This document shows positions 10,432 to 20,134 of a stretch of 64,000 bases of DNA, in pieces. Source of the stretch: Cyanomargarita calcarea GSE-NOS-MK-12-04C (GTDB lineage Bacteria > Cyanobacteriota > Cyanobacteriia > Cyanobacteriales > Nostocaceae); the NCBI GenBank assembly GCA_019359595.1, contig JAHHGZ010000029.1, positions 253 to 64,252 of the forward strand. Direction: 5' to 3'. Position 1 is the first letter of the stretch. Each line of letters begins with the position of its first letter. The notes below the pieces were generated by a model. That model did not search any database and had not been told where the DNA came from. It was given only the letters and a program-made list of their open reading frames with translations. The position numbers and the translations under genes were made by a program.

Positions 10432-11913
10432 ATGTACAGTTCCACAGACATTCAAACATACTGGCAACAAATTCAAAACCATCTAAAATCCGAAAAAGCA
10501 TCTTACCGTTACATAAAACTCCTACGTCAAATATTCCTCTTAGGACTCATATTACACAGCATTCACCTAATGGATACTCGTCCAGAAAGACTCCCCTTAG
10601 AAAATGCCCTTTTAGCCCTAGGTATCACATGGCTAGGCTTCCTACCAATGATACTTTATCTATACAATCGCAATCGACCACCGATGCCCTTCTTCCCCCT
10701 AGTAGGGCTATTTTACGCCACAAGTTTTGGCTTACCTAACTTTAATGCCGACAATGTAGGTACAGGTCGTTTAACACTAAATAATGTCACCACTGAATCT
10801 TTAGAATTGACATTAATCGCATTAGCAGGTATGAATATAGCCTACATCCTCTCGAAGTCGTGGCTATTAAAAAATGTTACTCCAATTAAATTAGCTGACA
10901 CATACCCCGTCAAAAAATTAATAAACTTTCTTTGGATATTACTTCTCGCTCATATTTCTTATCTTTATATACCTGCTATCAAAAACATTCCATCTATAGG
11001 TCAACTACTAGACCCATTAGGCTACGTCACCTACGGTTTATTTTATATTCTTTCACACGGCGGATTTTTGCCACAATTTCAGGCTGGATTGCTGTTATTT
11101 GTATTCCTACCAATTGAATTAATTCCCCGTCTGGCTAGTGGACTTTTAGCCGAGATAATGGTTTTCTTTTTATTCATGTTTAACGTTGTTTGGTATACAC
11201 GCAAAAGAATTCCCATAGTTGTTCTCACTATATTAGGAATTGTATATTTAACATTTGCTCCAGTCAAAGAAGACTATCGCAAATTAACCTGGAACAAAAA
11301 TAATCCAGCATCATCTGGTAATCCTATAGAAAAATTGCAAGTATTTGTTGACTTAGCAGTTGATTATCATCAGAAAAACACTTTTGGTTCCGAATCAAAT
11401 AACAGTATTAATGAAAAGCAAAAGAAAAAAGATAAAGATAAACTAGTTAGTCGGTCGGCACACATTATTACTTTATCTGCAGTCGTTGAAGATACTCCAG
11501 ACAGAGTTCCTTACTGGAATGGTGTAACATACTTGCCTGTATTTACAAAATATATTCCACGTCTTGTTTGGCCGGATAAGCCTGCGGAGACGGTAGGAAA
11601 TGAATTTGGTCGTCGCTATAACTACTTACAAAGTGATGACGATGTTACTTCTTATAATCTTCCTTGGATTGTGGAAATGTATGCCAATTTTGGCAGGGTA
11701 GGTGTTGTTGGGGGTATGTCTTTGCTTGGGTTATTGTTAGCTTTTTTGGAACAGAAAATGAATCATCCTGCTATGAATGCTGTGGAGTTTGTATTTGGTG
11801 CTACTTGTTTATTTGGACTTGTTTACCAAGAAGCAAATTTTTCTTTGATAGCTGGCAATATTATGAATCTTTCTGTGGCTTTATACTTGATTTTTAAATT
11901 TATTTCTAAATAA
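10432..11913 (+). CDS. Wzy-like polysaccharide polymerase / O-antigen-ligase-like membrane protein
   Basis: 493 aa polytopic membrane protein with a large hydrophilic loop (Lys-rich NEKQKKKDKDK). It lies directly after wzx inside the GT cluster. Confidence 0.5.
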   Translation: MYSSTDIQTYWQQIQNHLKSEKASYRYIKLLRQIFLLGLILHSIHLMDTRPERLPLENALLALGITWLGFLPMILYLYNRNRPPMPFFPLVGLFYATSFGLPNFNADNVGTGRLTLNNVTTESLELTLIALAGMNIAYILSKSWLLKNVTPIKLADTYPVKKLINFLWILLLAHISYLYIPAIKNIPSIGQLLDPLGYVTYGLFYILSHGGFLPQFQAGLLLFVFLPIELIPRLASGLLAEIMVFFLFMFNVVWYTRKRIPIVVLTILGIVYLTFAPVKEDYRKLTWNKNNPASSGNPIEKLQVFVDLAVDYHQKNTFGSESNNSINEKQKKKDKDKLVSRSAHIITLSAVVEDTPDRVPYWNGVTYLPVFTKYIPRLVWPDKPAETVGNEFGRRYNYLQSDDDVTSYNLPWIVEMYANFGRVGVVGGMSLLGLLLAFLEQKMNHPAMNAVEFVFGATCLFGLVYQEANFSLIAGNIMNLSVALYLIFKFISK

Positions 11914-11991
11914 GATATTTATGTGTTTTTAAACCCATAATTTTCCCATTTTTCTATCTGCCTTCTACCTAATGCTTGAAAACCTAAAAAT

Positions 11992-13170
11992 ATGCAAGAT
12001 ATGCAATTAACAGAAAAAACTATCCATTTATGGCTGCCTAATATGTTTGGGTTTAAGGGAGGTATTCAGGTATATTCAGCCTTTTTGTTGGAGGCAATAC
12101 AAAATATTTACCCGAAAGCTAAGTATGAAGTTTTTTTGAAACATGATGTGAGTCTGCCAGAAAATTACCCGTGTTTACCTGAGACTAAATTTCACTTTAC
12201 AGGCCAGATTCCACTAGCTTTCCGCAGTGCGGCTTTTGCAACCAAATTGATGCTGAGTGGCATTCAAAAGCGACCTAATTTAATTATTTCTAGCCATATT
12301 AATTTTACGGTTGTAGCTTCGACACTCAAGCGTATTTTTGGTATCCCTTACTGGGCTGTTGCTCATGGTGTTGATGCTTGGGATATTACAAACCCGACCC
12401 TAAAAAATGCCTTGGACAATGCCGATCGCATTCTGGCTGTGAGTGGTTATACACGCGATCGCTTTGTCAAAGAACAAAACTTTGAACCCAAAAAGGTTGA
12501 TATTTTACCCAATACTTTCGATCGCAGTCGTTTTCACCCTGCACCAAAGCCAGATTATTTACTCCAGAAACACGGACTCAAACGGGAGCAACCAGTAATA
12601 TTAACTGTTGCTCGACTGTCAAAGGCTGAACAGTATAAGGGGTATGACCAAATTATCAAAGCTCTTCCTGCGATTCGTCAGTATATTCCTGATGTTCGTT
12701 ACATCATTGTCGGCAAAGGAGATGACCGTCCCAGAATTGAACAGCTGATTGCTGAATTAGGTATGGAACATAACGTGACTTTAGCCGGGTTTGTGGCTGA
12801 TGAACAGTTGTGCGATTACTACAATCTCTGCGATGTCTTCGCTATGCCTAGCAAAGGGGAAGGCTTTGGTATCGTCTATTTGGAAGCATTAGCTTGCGGC
12901 AAACCTGTATTAGGTGGCAACCAAGATGGGGCAATTGATGCTCTTTGTCATGGTGAATTAGGGGCACTGGTTAACCCGGATGATACTCAAGCGATCGCTC
13001 AGACGTTGATTCAAATTCTCCAAGGTGTTTATCCCCACCGTTTGATGTATGAGCCTGAGAGGTTACGCTATGAAGTGATTGATACCTATGGATTTGAGCG
13101 GTTTCAAAAAACATTGGCTACACAGTTAGATGGACATTTTCAGTTGAAAAAGATGGGGGTGAAATCATGA
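11992..13170 (+). CDS. glycosyltransferase family 4
   Basis: 392 aa with GEGFGIVYLEALACGKPVLGGNQDGAIDAL. Confidence 0.8.
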   Translation: MQDMQLTEKTIHLWLPNMFGFKGGIQVYSAFLLEAIQNIYPKAKYEVFLKHDVSLPENYPCLPETKFHFTGQIPLAFRSAAFATKLMLSGIQKRPNLIISSHINFTVVASTLKRIFGIPYWAVAHGVDAWDITNPTLKNALDNADRILAVSGYTRDRFVKEQNFEPKKVDILPNTFDRSRFHPAPKPDYLLQKHGLKREQPVILTVARLSKAEQYKGYDQIIKALPAIRQYIPDVRYIIVGKGDDRPRIEQLIAELGMEHNVTLAGFVADEQLCDYYNLCDVFAMPSKGEGFGIVYLEALACGKPVLGGNQDGAIDALCHGELGALVNPDDTQAIAQTLIQILQGVYPHRLMYEPERLRYEVIDTYGFERFQKTLATQLDGHFQLKKMGVKS

Positions 13171-14366
13171 AAGTTCTACATGTGATTGCCTCAATTGCAC
13201 CAGTGCGTGGTGGCCCCAGTCAAGCTGTGTTGGAGATGGTTAAGGCACAGAGAGACTGCGGTATTGATGCGTCGATTGCGACTACCAATGATAATGGGCC
13301 AAATCTGCTGGATGTAACTCTCCTTAAGCCTACAGAGTACCAACAAGTCCCAGTTTGGTTTTTTCCCCGTTTTTCTCCTTCACTGCACCCTGTAAGAGAA
13401 TTCGCTTTTTCTTTTAAGTTTACCGCTTGGCTGTGGCAAGAGATTCACCAATACGATTTGCTCCATGTCCATGCGATTTTTTCCTACCCTTCTACAGTCG
13501 CAATGGCGATCGCACGGAGGAAAAAAGTTCCGTATATCGCTCAACCCCACGGTTTACTCTGCGAGTGGTCTTTACAGCAAAGCACCGGCAGAAAGGAACT
13601 TTTTTTTAAGCTCTTTGAACAAGCGAATCTGAATCACAGTAAGTATATTCAGTTTACTACCCAGCAAGAACAGAAAGAAACTTCCCGCTTAAATCTGAGT
13701 TGCCCCAACTTAGTCATCCCTCTGGGTTTATCCATCTCTCCTACCATCAACAATGCTCGTCAACGTCTGCGGGAATATCTAGAAGTTCCAGCCGATGAAC
13801 CGATAATTTTATTTTTGTCTCGCTTCCATCATAAAAAAGGTCTGGATTATCTAATTCCAGCTTTAGGAAAATTATCAGATAAACGCTTCACCTTTGTCTT
13901 GGCAGGTAGCGGTTCTCCAGATTATGAAGCGGAAGTGGAATCTCTTTTAGTCACTCATGGAATTCGGCAACGTACCCATCTTGTGGGATTTGTCAAAGGA
14001 GAAAACAAAGATTTATTGCTTCAAGGAGCAGACTTATTTGCTCTAACTTCCCACTCAGAAAACTTTGGAGTTTCGGTTCTAGAAGCTCTAGCTGCAGGTA
14101 TTCCGGCTCTTTTAACTCCTGGTGTTGCTCTAGCCAAGATGGTTGAACAGCAAGACGTTGGCTATGTTACCCAACTAAATGTAGATGCGATCGCATCCAA
14201 GCTAAGGCAGGTTCTAGAGAATCCCCAACAAGCAAAAAATATGGGCGATCGCGCTCGTCAACTCCTAAATGAAAAGTATACCTGGACGCAGATTGCTTCT
14301 CAAATGCAGCAAGTTTACCAAGACATTCTGCCAAACAACTACTCTGCTCAAAAGGGAGAATCGTAG
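13167..14366 (+). CDS. glycosyltransferase family 4
   Basis: 399 aa with ENFGVSVLEALAAGIPALLTPGVALAKMV. An ATGA overlap with the upstream GT suggests translational coupling. Confidence 0.8.
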   Translation: MKVLHVIASIAPVRGGPSQAVLEMVKAQRDCGIDASIATTNDNGPNLLDVTLLKPTEYQQVPVWFFPRFSPSLHPVREFAFSFKFTAWLWQEIHQYDLLHVHAIFSYPSTVAMAIARRKKVPYIAQPHGLLCEWSLQQSTGRKELFFKLFEQANLNHSKYIQFTTQQEQKETSRLNLSCPNLVIPLGLSISPTINNARQRLREYLEVPADEPIILFLSRFHHKKGLDYLIPALGKLSDKRFTFVLAGSGSPDYEAEVESLLVTHGIRQRTHLVGFVKGENKDLLLQGADLFALTSHSENFGVSVLEALAAGIPALLTPGVALAKMVEQQDVGYVTQLNVDAIASKLRQVLENPQQAKNMGDRARQLLNEKYTWTQIASQMQQVYQDILPNNYSAQKGES

Positions 14367-15886
14367 TGATAAATAAAAGATGGAATTTTATCTGGTCACC
14401 TTACACAGTTTTTGGATTTATTCTCGGAATATCATCACCACTATTTTTTTTACGAGGTATTGGAATATTTGATGATTCAGTCTATTTAAAAATTGGCGAA
14501 TTAATTAATCAGGATTTATATCCTTACAGAGATGTTTTTGACAATAAGCCCCCTGGGATATATTATTTATCCGCACTGATAGCATGGATAGGTCAAAATC
14601 ACTGGCTAACAAATAGGATATTCTTATTTATATTTGCTGTCATTCTCGGATTTAGCGTAATTAGATATACCAAATCCATCTGGGGGAATCTCTCGGCATA
14701 TTTTGCAGCATTGATATTTGGAACCTCATATATTATTACCCAAGGCTATAGCTTTCACACAGAACAATTTTGTACAGCTTTAGGTTTTGCAGCCATTTAT
14801 CTTGTCTCTCAAAGAAGCTCAGAACGAATAACTAATTGGATGTTAACAGGCTGTTTTGTGGGTATGGCATTTATATTTAAACAAGTTGCCATCCTTTATC
14901 TAATGGCCTTTATCCTTTGTGAATTATTTCTAGCTTTAATCAAAACCATCAGTTTCACTATAGCCATTCGTCGATGTGTATTTTTACTAATAGGTTTCTG
15001 CCTATTCATAGCGATTCCCTTCACATGGCTTTTTGTTAATGGCTTCTGGAGTAATTTTTATAAGGATGTTTTTTTGGGAGTTGTTCCCTTCGCAGGAAAC
15101 GAAATAAATTTTATCGATATTCTCAAACTATGGCTGAGAGTTCCGGCCACGTTGCTAGTAATACCTTTGGCAGTTATATTTATAATTAATAAAAATCTGC
15201 GTACAAGTATTATCAACTCCAAGAATTTTCCAGAAATATTGATACTTGTAGTAACTGGATGTTTATCGCTGTTACCCACTCTCAAGGTAAATAGTAATAC
15301 CCATTACAGTGGTACGGCAATTTTGGCATTGAGTATTGCCGAATCGGTAATTATTAGTCAACTTTGTAACTCGAAAACTATATATTTTTCAAAAATAAAG
15401 AAAAATATCCAAAAAAAGTTGATTTTAGTGTGGAGCTTGTTATTCATTCCCTACCTAATTGGTATTTCTTGGGGTTCATTTTTAATGACAAAAGAAAATC
15501 GAATCGGATACGATTTGGCACAAATGCATGAGGTGAGAAATATTCTGAATCAACATCTAAACCCTTACGAACCCGTTCTCGTGTTGTCTGAAAATGCGGC
15601 TCGTCTCAACTATATGAGCGGACGACTTCCACTGACAAAATATATATATTACTACTGGAATACAGATATGAAGATTAACCAGGCAGCAAAACTTTTGTTT
15701 ACTTCCGAAGTCGCTGGGGCCATTCTGGAATTACCTAATGATACTCCGGTTAATTGGTTGTCAGAAAAAGAGCTTGATGACCTGAATAATAGATATTCAA
15801 AAATTGAATTATCTTCTCAGAATGCAGCCCATACAAATGGGAATAAAGTTGAGATTTTAATCAGTAAAAATAAGCGTGAGTCATAA
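14366..15886 (+). CDS. GT-C fold membrane glycosyltransferase (ArnT/PMT-like, GT39/GT83 family)
   Basis: 506 aa. The N-terminal half is polytopic with a DNKPPGIYYL loop motif typical of ArnT/PMT-type polyprenyl-phosphate-sugar-dependent transferases. The C-terminal part is soluble. Confidence 0.6.
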   Translation: MINKRWNFIWSPYTVFGFILGISSPLFFLRGIGIFDDSVYLKIGELINQDLYPYRDVFDNKPPGIYYLSALIAWIGQNHWLTNRIFLFIFAVILGFSVIRYTKSIWGNLSAYFAALIFGTSYIITQGYSFHTEQFCTALGFAAIYLVSQRSSERITNWMLTGCFVGMAFIFKQVAILYLMAFILCELFLALIKTISFTIAIRRCVFLLIGFCLFIAIPFTWLFVNGFWSNFYKDVFLGVVPFAGNEINFIDILKLWLRVPATLLVIPLAVIFIINKNLRTSIINSKNFPEILILVVTGCLSLLPTLKVNSNTHYSGTAILALSIAESVIISQLCNSKTIYFSKIKKNIQKKLILVWSLLFIPYLIGISWGSFLMTKENRIGYDLAQMHEVRNILNQHLNPYEPVLVLSENAARLNYMSGRLPLTKYIYYYWNTDMKINQAAKLLFTSEVAGAILELPNDTPVNWLSEKELDDLNNRYSKIELSSQNAAHTNGNKVEILISKNKRES

Positions 15887-15926
15887 GCATACCCCAGGTC
15901 AGGGGTGTATATACAAGTCGTAAAAA

Positions 15927-16010
15927 TTCTTCCTTCGTGACTTCGTTTCTTCGCGGTTAAAAACATAATATTCTTTTTTAACCACGAAGACACGAAGGAC
16001 ACGAAGGAAG
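15927..16010. repeat. imperfect inverted repeat/hairpin (TTCTTCCTTCGTGACTTCG ... CGAAGGACACGAAGGAAG)
   Basis: Direct inspection shows arms of about 34 nt that are reverse complements with a few mismatches around an AT-rich loop. A related core (TTAACCACGAAGAC) recurs at 10319. Confidence 0.5.
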
Positions 16011-16092
16011 ACAATAACGAACCTTTTGAGTGAAATTTTTAGGATTTGAGTTTTATATTGCCAACCTCTCATTGTACGAGGAGATTATTTAG

Positions 16093-17340
16093 ATGAAAGT
16101 TCGTCAAACTCGGATATATTCCAACCCGCTCTACAAAGAGTTCCAAATTCCAAAGGAACCCGATCTACCGAAGGGGACATCAAAATCAGTCTCTAAAACT
16201 TTTAAGTTGTCATTAGTAATTCCCACCTACAACGAAAAATTAAATATTCACAAGATAGTCCGACTGCTAACCAATCTACTTGAGCCGGCAATTCCCGGTG
16301 AATATGAATTGATTGTGGTGGATGATAATAGTCCCGATGAAACCTGGAAGGTAGCACAGGAAATCACGGCAGAATACCCACAATTAAAGGTAATCCGACG
16401 ACAAAATGAACGGGGTTTATCATCTGCTGTTGTGCGAGGTTGGCAAGCATCTACAGGTGAAATTTTGGGGGTAATCGACGCTGATTTACAACACCCACCG
16501 GAAGTATTATTACAACTGTTTAACGCTGTCAGACAGGGAACTGATTTAGCGGTTGCCAGTCGTCATATCACTGGTGGTGGAGTCAGCAATTGGAGTCTTC
16601 CCAGACGCATATTATCTAGAGGAGCGCAGACTTTAGGGTTGATTATCTTACCTCAAGTGATTGGTCGTGTCACAGATCCAATGAGTGGCTATTTTCTAGT
16701 GCGTCGCAGCGCAATTGCCGCAAAAACCCTACATCCTCTTGGCTACAAAATTCTGATTGAAGTATTAGGTCGTGGGGACATCCAAAAGATTGCTGAGGTA
16801 GGTTATGTATTTCAAGAACGGGAAGACGGAGAGAGTAAAGTTACTCACAAACAGTATGTAGAATATTTACAACACCTAATCAGACTGCGGCTTTCAAGAG
16901 GAAAAATTGGCTGGTTGCAACAGCGTTTCCCATTAGCTCAATTTCTCCGATTTGCCTTAGTCGGGCTGAGTGGTGTATTTGTAGACATGGCAATCTTTTA
17001 CTTACTGAGTGACCCATCAACACTACATTGGGGACTAACACGCAGCAAAATCATCTCAGCGGAATTAGCGATCGCGAATAATTTTCTGTGGAATGACTTT
17101 TGGACATTTAGAGAAATCAGTCACCACCAGAAAGGATGGAAAAAACGCTTTAAACGGTTTTTGAAATTTAATGTGGTTTGCTCTGTAGGGTTAGTTCTGA
17201 ATGTCCTACTGCTGAACTTATTATTCAATACTTTAGGCATCAATCGTTACCTAGCAAATCTACTCGCAATCGGCTTGATAACTTTCTGGAATTTTTGGAT
17301 CAACTTGAAATTAAGTTGGCGCAGTACGGACTCGGAATAA
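16093..17340 (+). CDS. polyprenyl-phosphate sugar synthase, GT2 (DPM1/ArnC/GtrB-like) fused to a C-terminal GtrA-like flippase domain
   Basis: 415 aa. The N-terminal GT2 shows LSLVIPTYNE, VVDDNSPDETW and DADLQHPPE motifs. The C-terminal ~120 aa has 4 TM with NNFLWNDFWTF (GtrA-like). Confidence 0.85.
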   Translation: MKVRQTRIYSNPLYKEFQIPKEPDLPKGTSKSVSKTFKLSLVIPTYNEKLNIHKIVRLLTNLLEPAIPGEYELIVVDDNSPDETWKVAQEITAEYPQLKVIRRQNERGLSSAVVRGWQASTGEILGVIDADLQHPPEVLLQLFNAVRQGTDLAVASRHITGGGVSNWSLPRRILSRGAQTLGLIILPQVIGRVTDPMSGYFLVRRSAIAAKTLHPLGYKILIEVLGRGDIQKIAEVGYVFQEREDGESKVTHKQYVEYLQHLIRLRLSRGKIGWLQQRFPLAQFLRFALVGLSGVFVDMAIFYLLSDPSTLHWGLTRSKIISAELAIANNFLWNDFWTFREISHHQKGWKKRFKRFLKFNVVCSVGLVLNVLLLNLLFNTLGINRYLANLLAIGLITFWNFWINLKLSWRSTDSE

Positions 17341-17378
17341 ATCTGTTTGGTTGTCCATATATTTATATCTTCATCCCC

Positions 17379-18152
17379 ATGTTACCAGAAATAACACCCT
17401 TAATCTTAACATTCAATGAAGCTCCTAATATCAAACGCACTCTCGAACGTTTGACATGGGCAAAGACAATTGTTGTCATCGACAGTTTTAGTACAGATGA
17501 AACTTTGGATATTTTATATTCCTACCCTCAAGTTCAAGTTTTCCAAAGAAAGTTTGATTCTTTTGCTACTCAATGTAACTACGGATTGACAAAAATTACA
17601 TCGGAATGGGTACTTTCTCTAGATGCTGATTATGTCTTAACCGATGAATTAATTGAAGAAATCCAAGCCTTAAAATCAGAAGCAGATATCAATTGTTACA
17701 GTGTTAGATTTAATTACTGCGTCTTTGGCAAACCTTTACGTGGTACCCTCCTACCACCACGCAAAGTACTTTACAGACGAGAAAAAGCAACATATCAAGA
17801 TGATGGACATGCCCATCGAGTTTGCGTCACAGGTAACTCAAAAATGCTTTTGGCCCATATCCATCATGACGATCGCAAACCTCTGAGCCGTTGGTTGTGG
17901 GCACAAGATCGTTACATGACGATCGAGATAAAGAAGTTATTAGAAACACCAGTTTCGGAATTAAGCTTAGGCGATCGCATCCGCAAACAAAAAATTCTGG
18001 CTCCTTTCATTATCTTAGTCTACTGCCTCATCCTCAAAGGTGGTATTCTCGATGGTTGGCGTGGTTGGTACTATGCCTTTCAACGAATGCTAGCCGAAAT
18101 CCTATTATCAATTCGGATGATTGAGTATAAAGACTTAAATGCAATTGAATAA
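17379..18152 (+). CDS. glycosyltransferase family 2
   Basis: The ORF-track frame opens at 17178, but the GT2 domain starts at ATG 17379 (MLPEITPLILTFNEAPNIKRT ... VVIDSFSTDETLDI). Confidence 0.75.
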   Translation: MLPEITPLILTFNEAPNIKRTLERLTWAKTIVVIDSFSTDETLDILYSYPQVQVFQRKFDSFATQCNYGLTKITSEWVLSLDADYVLTDELIEEIQALKSEADINCYSVRFNYCVFGKPLRGTLLPPRKVLYRREKATYQDDGHAHRVCVTGNSKMLLAHIHHDDRKPLSRWLWAQDRYMTIEIKKLLETPVSELSLGDRIRKQKILAPFIILVYCLILKGGILDGWRGWYYAFQRMLAEILLSIRMIEYKDLNAIE

Positions 18153-18174
18153 AGTATACATTTAACTTTTTGTA

Positions 18175-18304
18175 AGAGGGTAAAGACAACAGAACTAAAT
18201 CCACGCCACATGCTACAAGTCGGCAGAGCCAAGAAACGCAGTGGCTCCCCAAGTATGTTCAACTGTGAATTTCCTTCTCCCCCCAGAATTGGGGGTCAGG
18301 GGGC
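18175..18304. repeat. dispersed short repeat, family A copy (GTAAAGACAACAGAACTAAATCC ... CCCCCAGAATTGGGGG..CAGGGGGC)
   Basis: It shares its 5' 25 nt and 3' palindromic core with the copy at 54296-54397 and, in inverted orientation, with the tandem units at 30785-30950. Confidence 0.7.
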
Positions 18305-18346
18305 AATTCCTATAGGGTATCCAAAATCTCAAATCTCAAATCCAAA

Positions 18347-18907
18347 ATGTTACCCCGATTCAAAAAATATGGAATTTTCTTCCTAACAGGTTTGATTATT
18401 TTCCTGTTAAGTATAATTCCGCTGCGTGTTTTCATCGCTTCCTATCAAGCTCCTCATCCCCAAGCTATTCTGACTCTTGGTGGAGGTATGGAGAGGGAAA
18501 GATTTACTGCTGAATTTGCGAAATCTTATCCCAATTTAGATATTTGGGTTTCTACTGGCATTCCCCCAGACCAAGCTTTGCCAATGTTTCAAGCTGCAGA
18601 TATACCCAGTCAGCGCATACATTTAGATTATCGTGCTGTTGATACAGTGACCAATTTTACCAGTTTGGTTTCCGAATTTAAACAACGCCAAATTCATCAC
18701 TTATTCTTAATTACCGCTGACTTTCATATGCCCCGAGCCAAAGCGATCGCGACTTTCGTCCTCGGTAGTCAAGGTATTATTTTTACTTCCATTTCTATTC
18801 CAACCAACCAACCCAAAGAAACTTTGCTGCACATTCTCCGTGATAGCGCTCGCTCCCTGTTGTGGATTGTTACAGGTAGAACTGGAGCCAGCTTCAAGAC
18901 CGTTTAA
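18347..18907 (+). CDS. DUF218 (YdcF/ElyC/SanA-like) domain protein
   Basis: 186 aa with an N-terminal TM and a DUF218-like core (AILTLGGGMERERF ... YRAVDTVTNFTSL ... FLITADFHMPRA). Confidence 0.6.
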   Translation: MLPRFKKYGIFFLTGLIIFLLSIIPLRVFIASYQAPHPQAILTLGGGMERERFTAEFAKSYPNLDIWVSTGIPPDQALPMFQAADIPSQRIHLDYRAVDTVTNFTSLVSEFKQRQIHHLFLITADFHMPRAKAIATFVLGSQGIIFTSISIPTNQPKETLLHILRDSARSLLWIVTGRTGASFKTV

Positions 18908-18957
18908 TATGAACTACGGACATAATATGAGCCAAAAAATCTAAAATCCAAAATCCT

Positions 18958-19512
18958 ATGCGTTTAGATAACTATAACCTTGGCACTTACACTCCGGGCG
19001 CACCCTACTGGAAGCAACTTTTATGGTACTTTATCGGGTCGCCTTTGGTTGAAAGTTACTGGCTTCCTTTGAACAATTTCAAAGTTTCCTTACTCCGGAG
19101 TTTTGGCGCTAAAATTGGTCAAGGAGTCCGGATTAAAAACGGAGTGCGGGTCAAGTTTCCTTGGCGGTTAACTGTCGGCAATCATGTATGGATCGGCGAA
19201 GATGCTTGGATTGATAACCTTGCTGATGTTACCATCGAAAGTCATGCTTGCATATCTCAAGGCGTTTATCTCTGTACTGGCAATCATGACTGGAATCATC
19301 CCGATTTTAAACTGATTCCCGCCCCAATCTACATTCAAGAAAGTAGTTGGATTGCAGCTAAATCGATAATTGGGCCTGGTGTGACAATTGGTCGAGGAGC
19401 AGTGCTGACTCTCGGTGGAGTGACTGGACGTTCCTTAGAACCGATGACAGTTTATGCCGGGAATCCTGCAGAACCGATAAAGAAGAGGAAAATAACGGAT
19501 ATACGGATGTGA
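18958..19512 (+). CDS. hexapeptide-repeat acetyltransferase, WcaF-like (polysaccharide O-acetyltransferase)
   Basis: 184 aa. It has a left-handed beta-helix hexapeptide pattern (GNHVWIGEDAWIDNLADVTIESHACISQGVYLCTGNHDW..) and high similarity to colanic-acid WcaF-type enzymes. Confidence 0.8.
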   Translation: MRLDNYNLGTYTPGAPYWKQLLWYFIGSPLVESYWLPLNNFKVSLLRSFGAKIGQGVRIKNGVRVKFPWRLTVGNHVWIGEDAWIDNLADVTIESHACISQGVYLCTGNHDWNHPDFKLIPAPIYIQESSWIAAKSIIGPGVTIGRGAVLTLGGVTGRSLEPMTVYAGNPAEPIKKRKITDIRM

Positions 19513-19527
19513 CGGATATCTTCCACC

Positions 19528-19610
19528 AATCCCAATAAGCCCGGAAATAAATTTCACAGCTTTAAGCCTAAACCCATTAAAATGGGTTAAAAAGCTTATT
19601 CAGTAAGCTA
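19528..19610. repeat. partial copy of repeat family B containing hairpin AACCCATTAAAATGGGTT
   Basis: The hairpin at 19571-19588 is identical to 27340-27357. The flanking AGCCCGGAAATAAATT resembles the TIR of the 27.3 kb element. Confidence 0.55.
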
Positions 19611-20134
19611 AAAGCGAAAGCTTTGATATCCAAATGCGTCACATACCAGTCTTTATAAGTACCAGCAACTAAATTTTCTTCAATCAACCGTGCTTCTTCC
19701 AAAAGTGTCCACAAGTTGTGGGTGGCTCGATTCCAAAAGCCTACACTTCCATTTTCTTGAAGACCAGCAACACCATAAATTTTACAAGCTGGACATTGAC
19801 ATTTTTCTAAGTGTTTTAACTCGTCTTGACGAGGAATTGGGCACCAGTCAGGTTTAGCACCTTGAATAAATTCTTCATAGTCGTTTGTTGTTATTTCCCC
19901 ACCACGACTAATAAAGTAGAACGCTCCATTGTCAAGGTAAAGCTTTACTTCTTCCGGGATGCCAAGATATTCTCTAAGACCTTGTTTCATAACTTTACGT
20001 CGAAGCACGGGTCTTTGATGAAATTCGGCGTAGGAAACCATAACTGCTCGCAATTGTGGAAGATAATAAGGAGAGTTTTTATCCCACACGCGAGGTTTGA
20101 TTCCCTTCAGACTGATACCAGCAACAATTTGCAT
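19577..20134 (-). CDS. short tRNA-guanine-transglycosylase (TGT)-like zinc-motif protein
   Basis: 185 aa. CQCPACK followed 20 residues later by ATHNL reproduces the TGT CxCxxC...H zinc site. LYLDNGAFYFISRGGE resembles the TGT catalytic Asp segment (FDCVMPTRNARNG). Only about half of a TGT barrel is present. Confidence 0.4.
   Translation of the reverse strand: MQIVAGISLKGIKPRVWDKNSPYYLPQLRAVMVSYAEFHQRPVLRRKVMKQGLREYLGIPEEVKLYLDNGAFYFISRGGEITTNDYEEFIQGAKPDWCPIPRQDELKHLEKCQCPACKIYGVAGLQENGSVGFWNRATHNLWTLLEEARLIEENLVAGTYKDWYVTHLDIKAFAFSLLNKLFNPF

Noticed and set aside
17178-17378. N-terminal 67-aa extension of the GT2 ORF that overlaps the GtrB-GtrA gene
   Set aside because: The GT2 domain begins at ATG 17379. 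The extension overlaps a well-supported gene in another frame and looks like read-through of an open frame.
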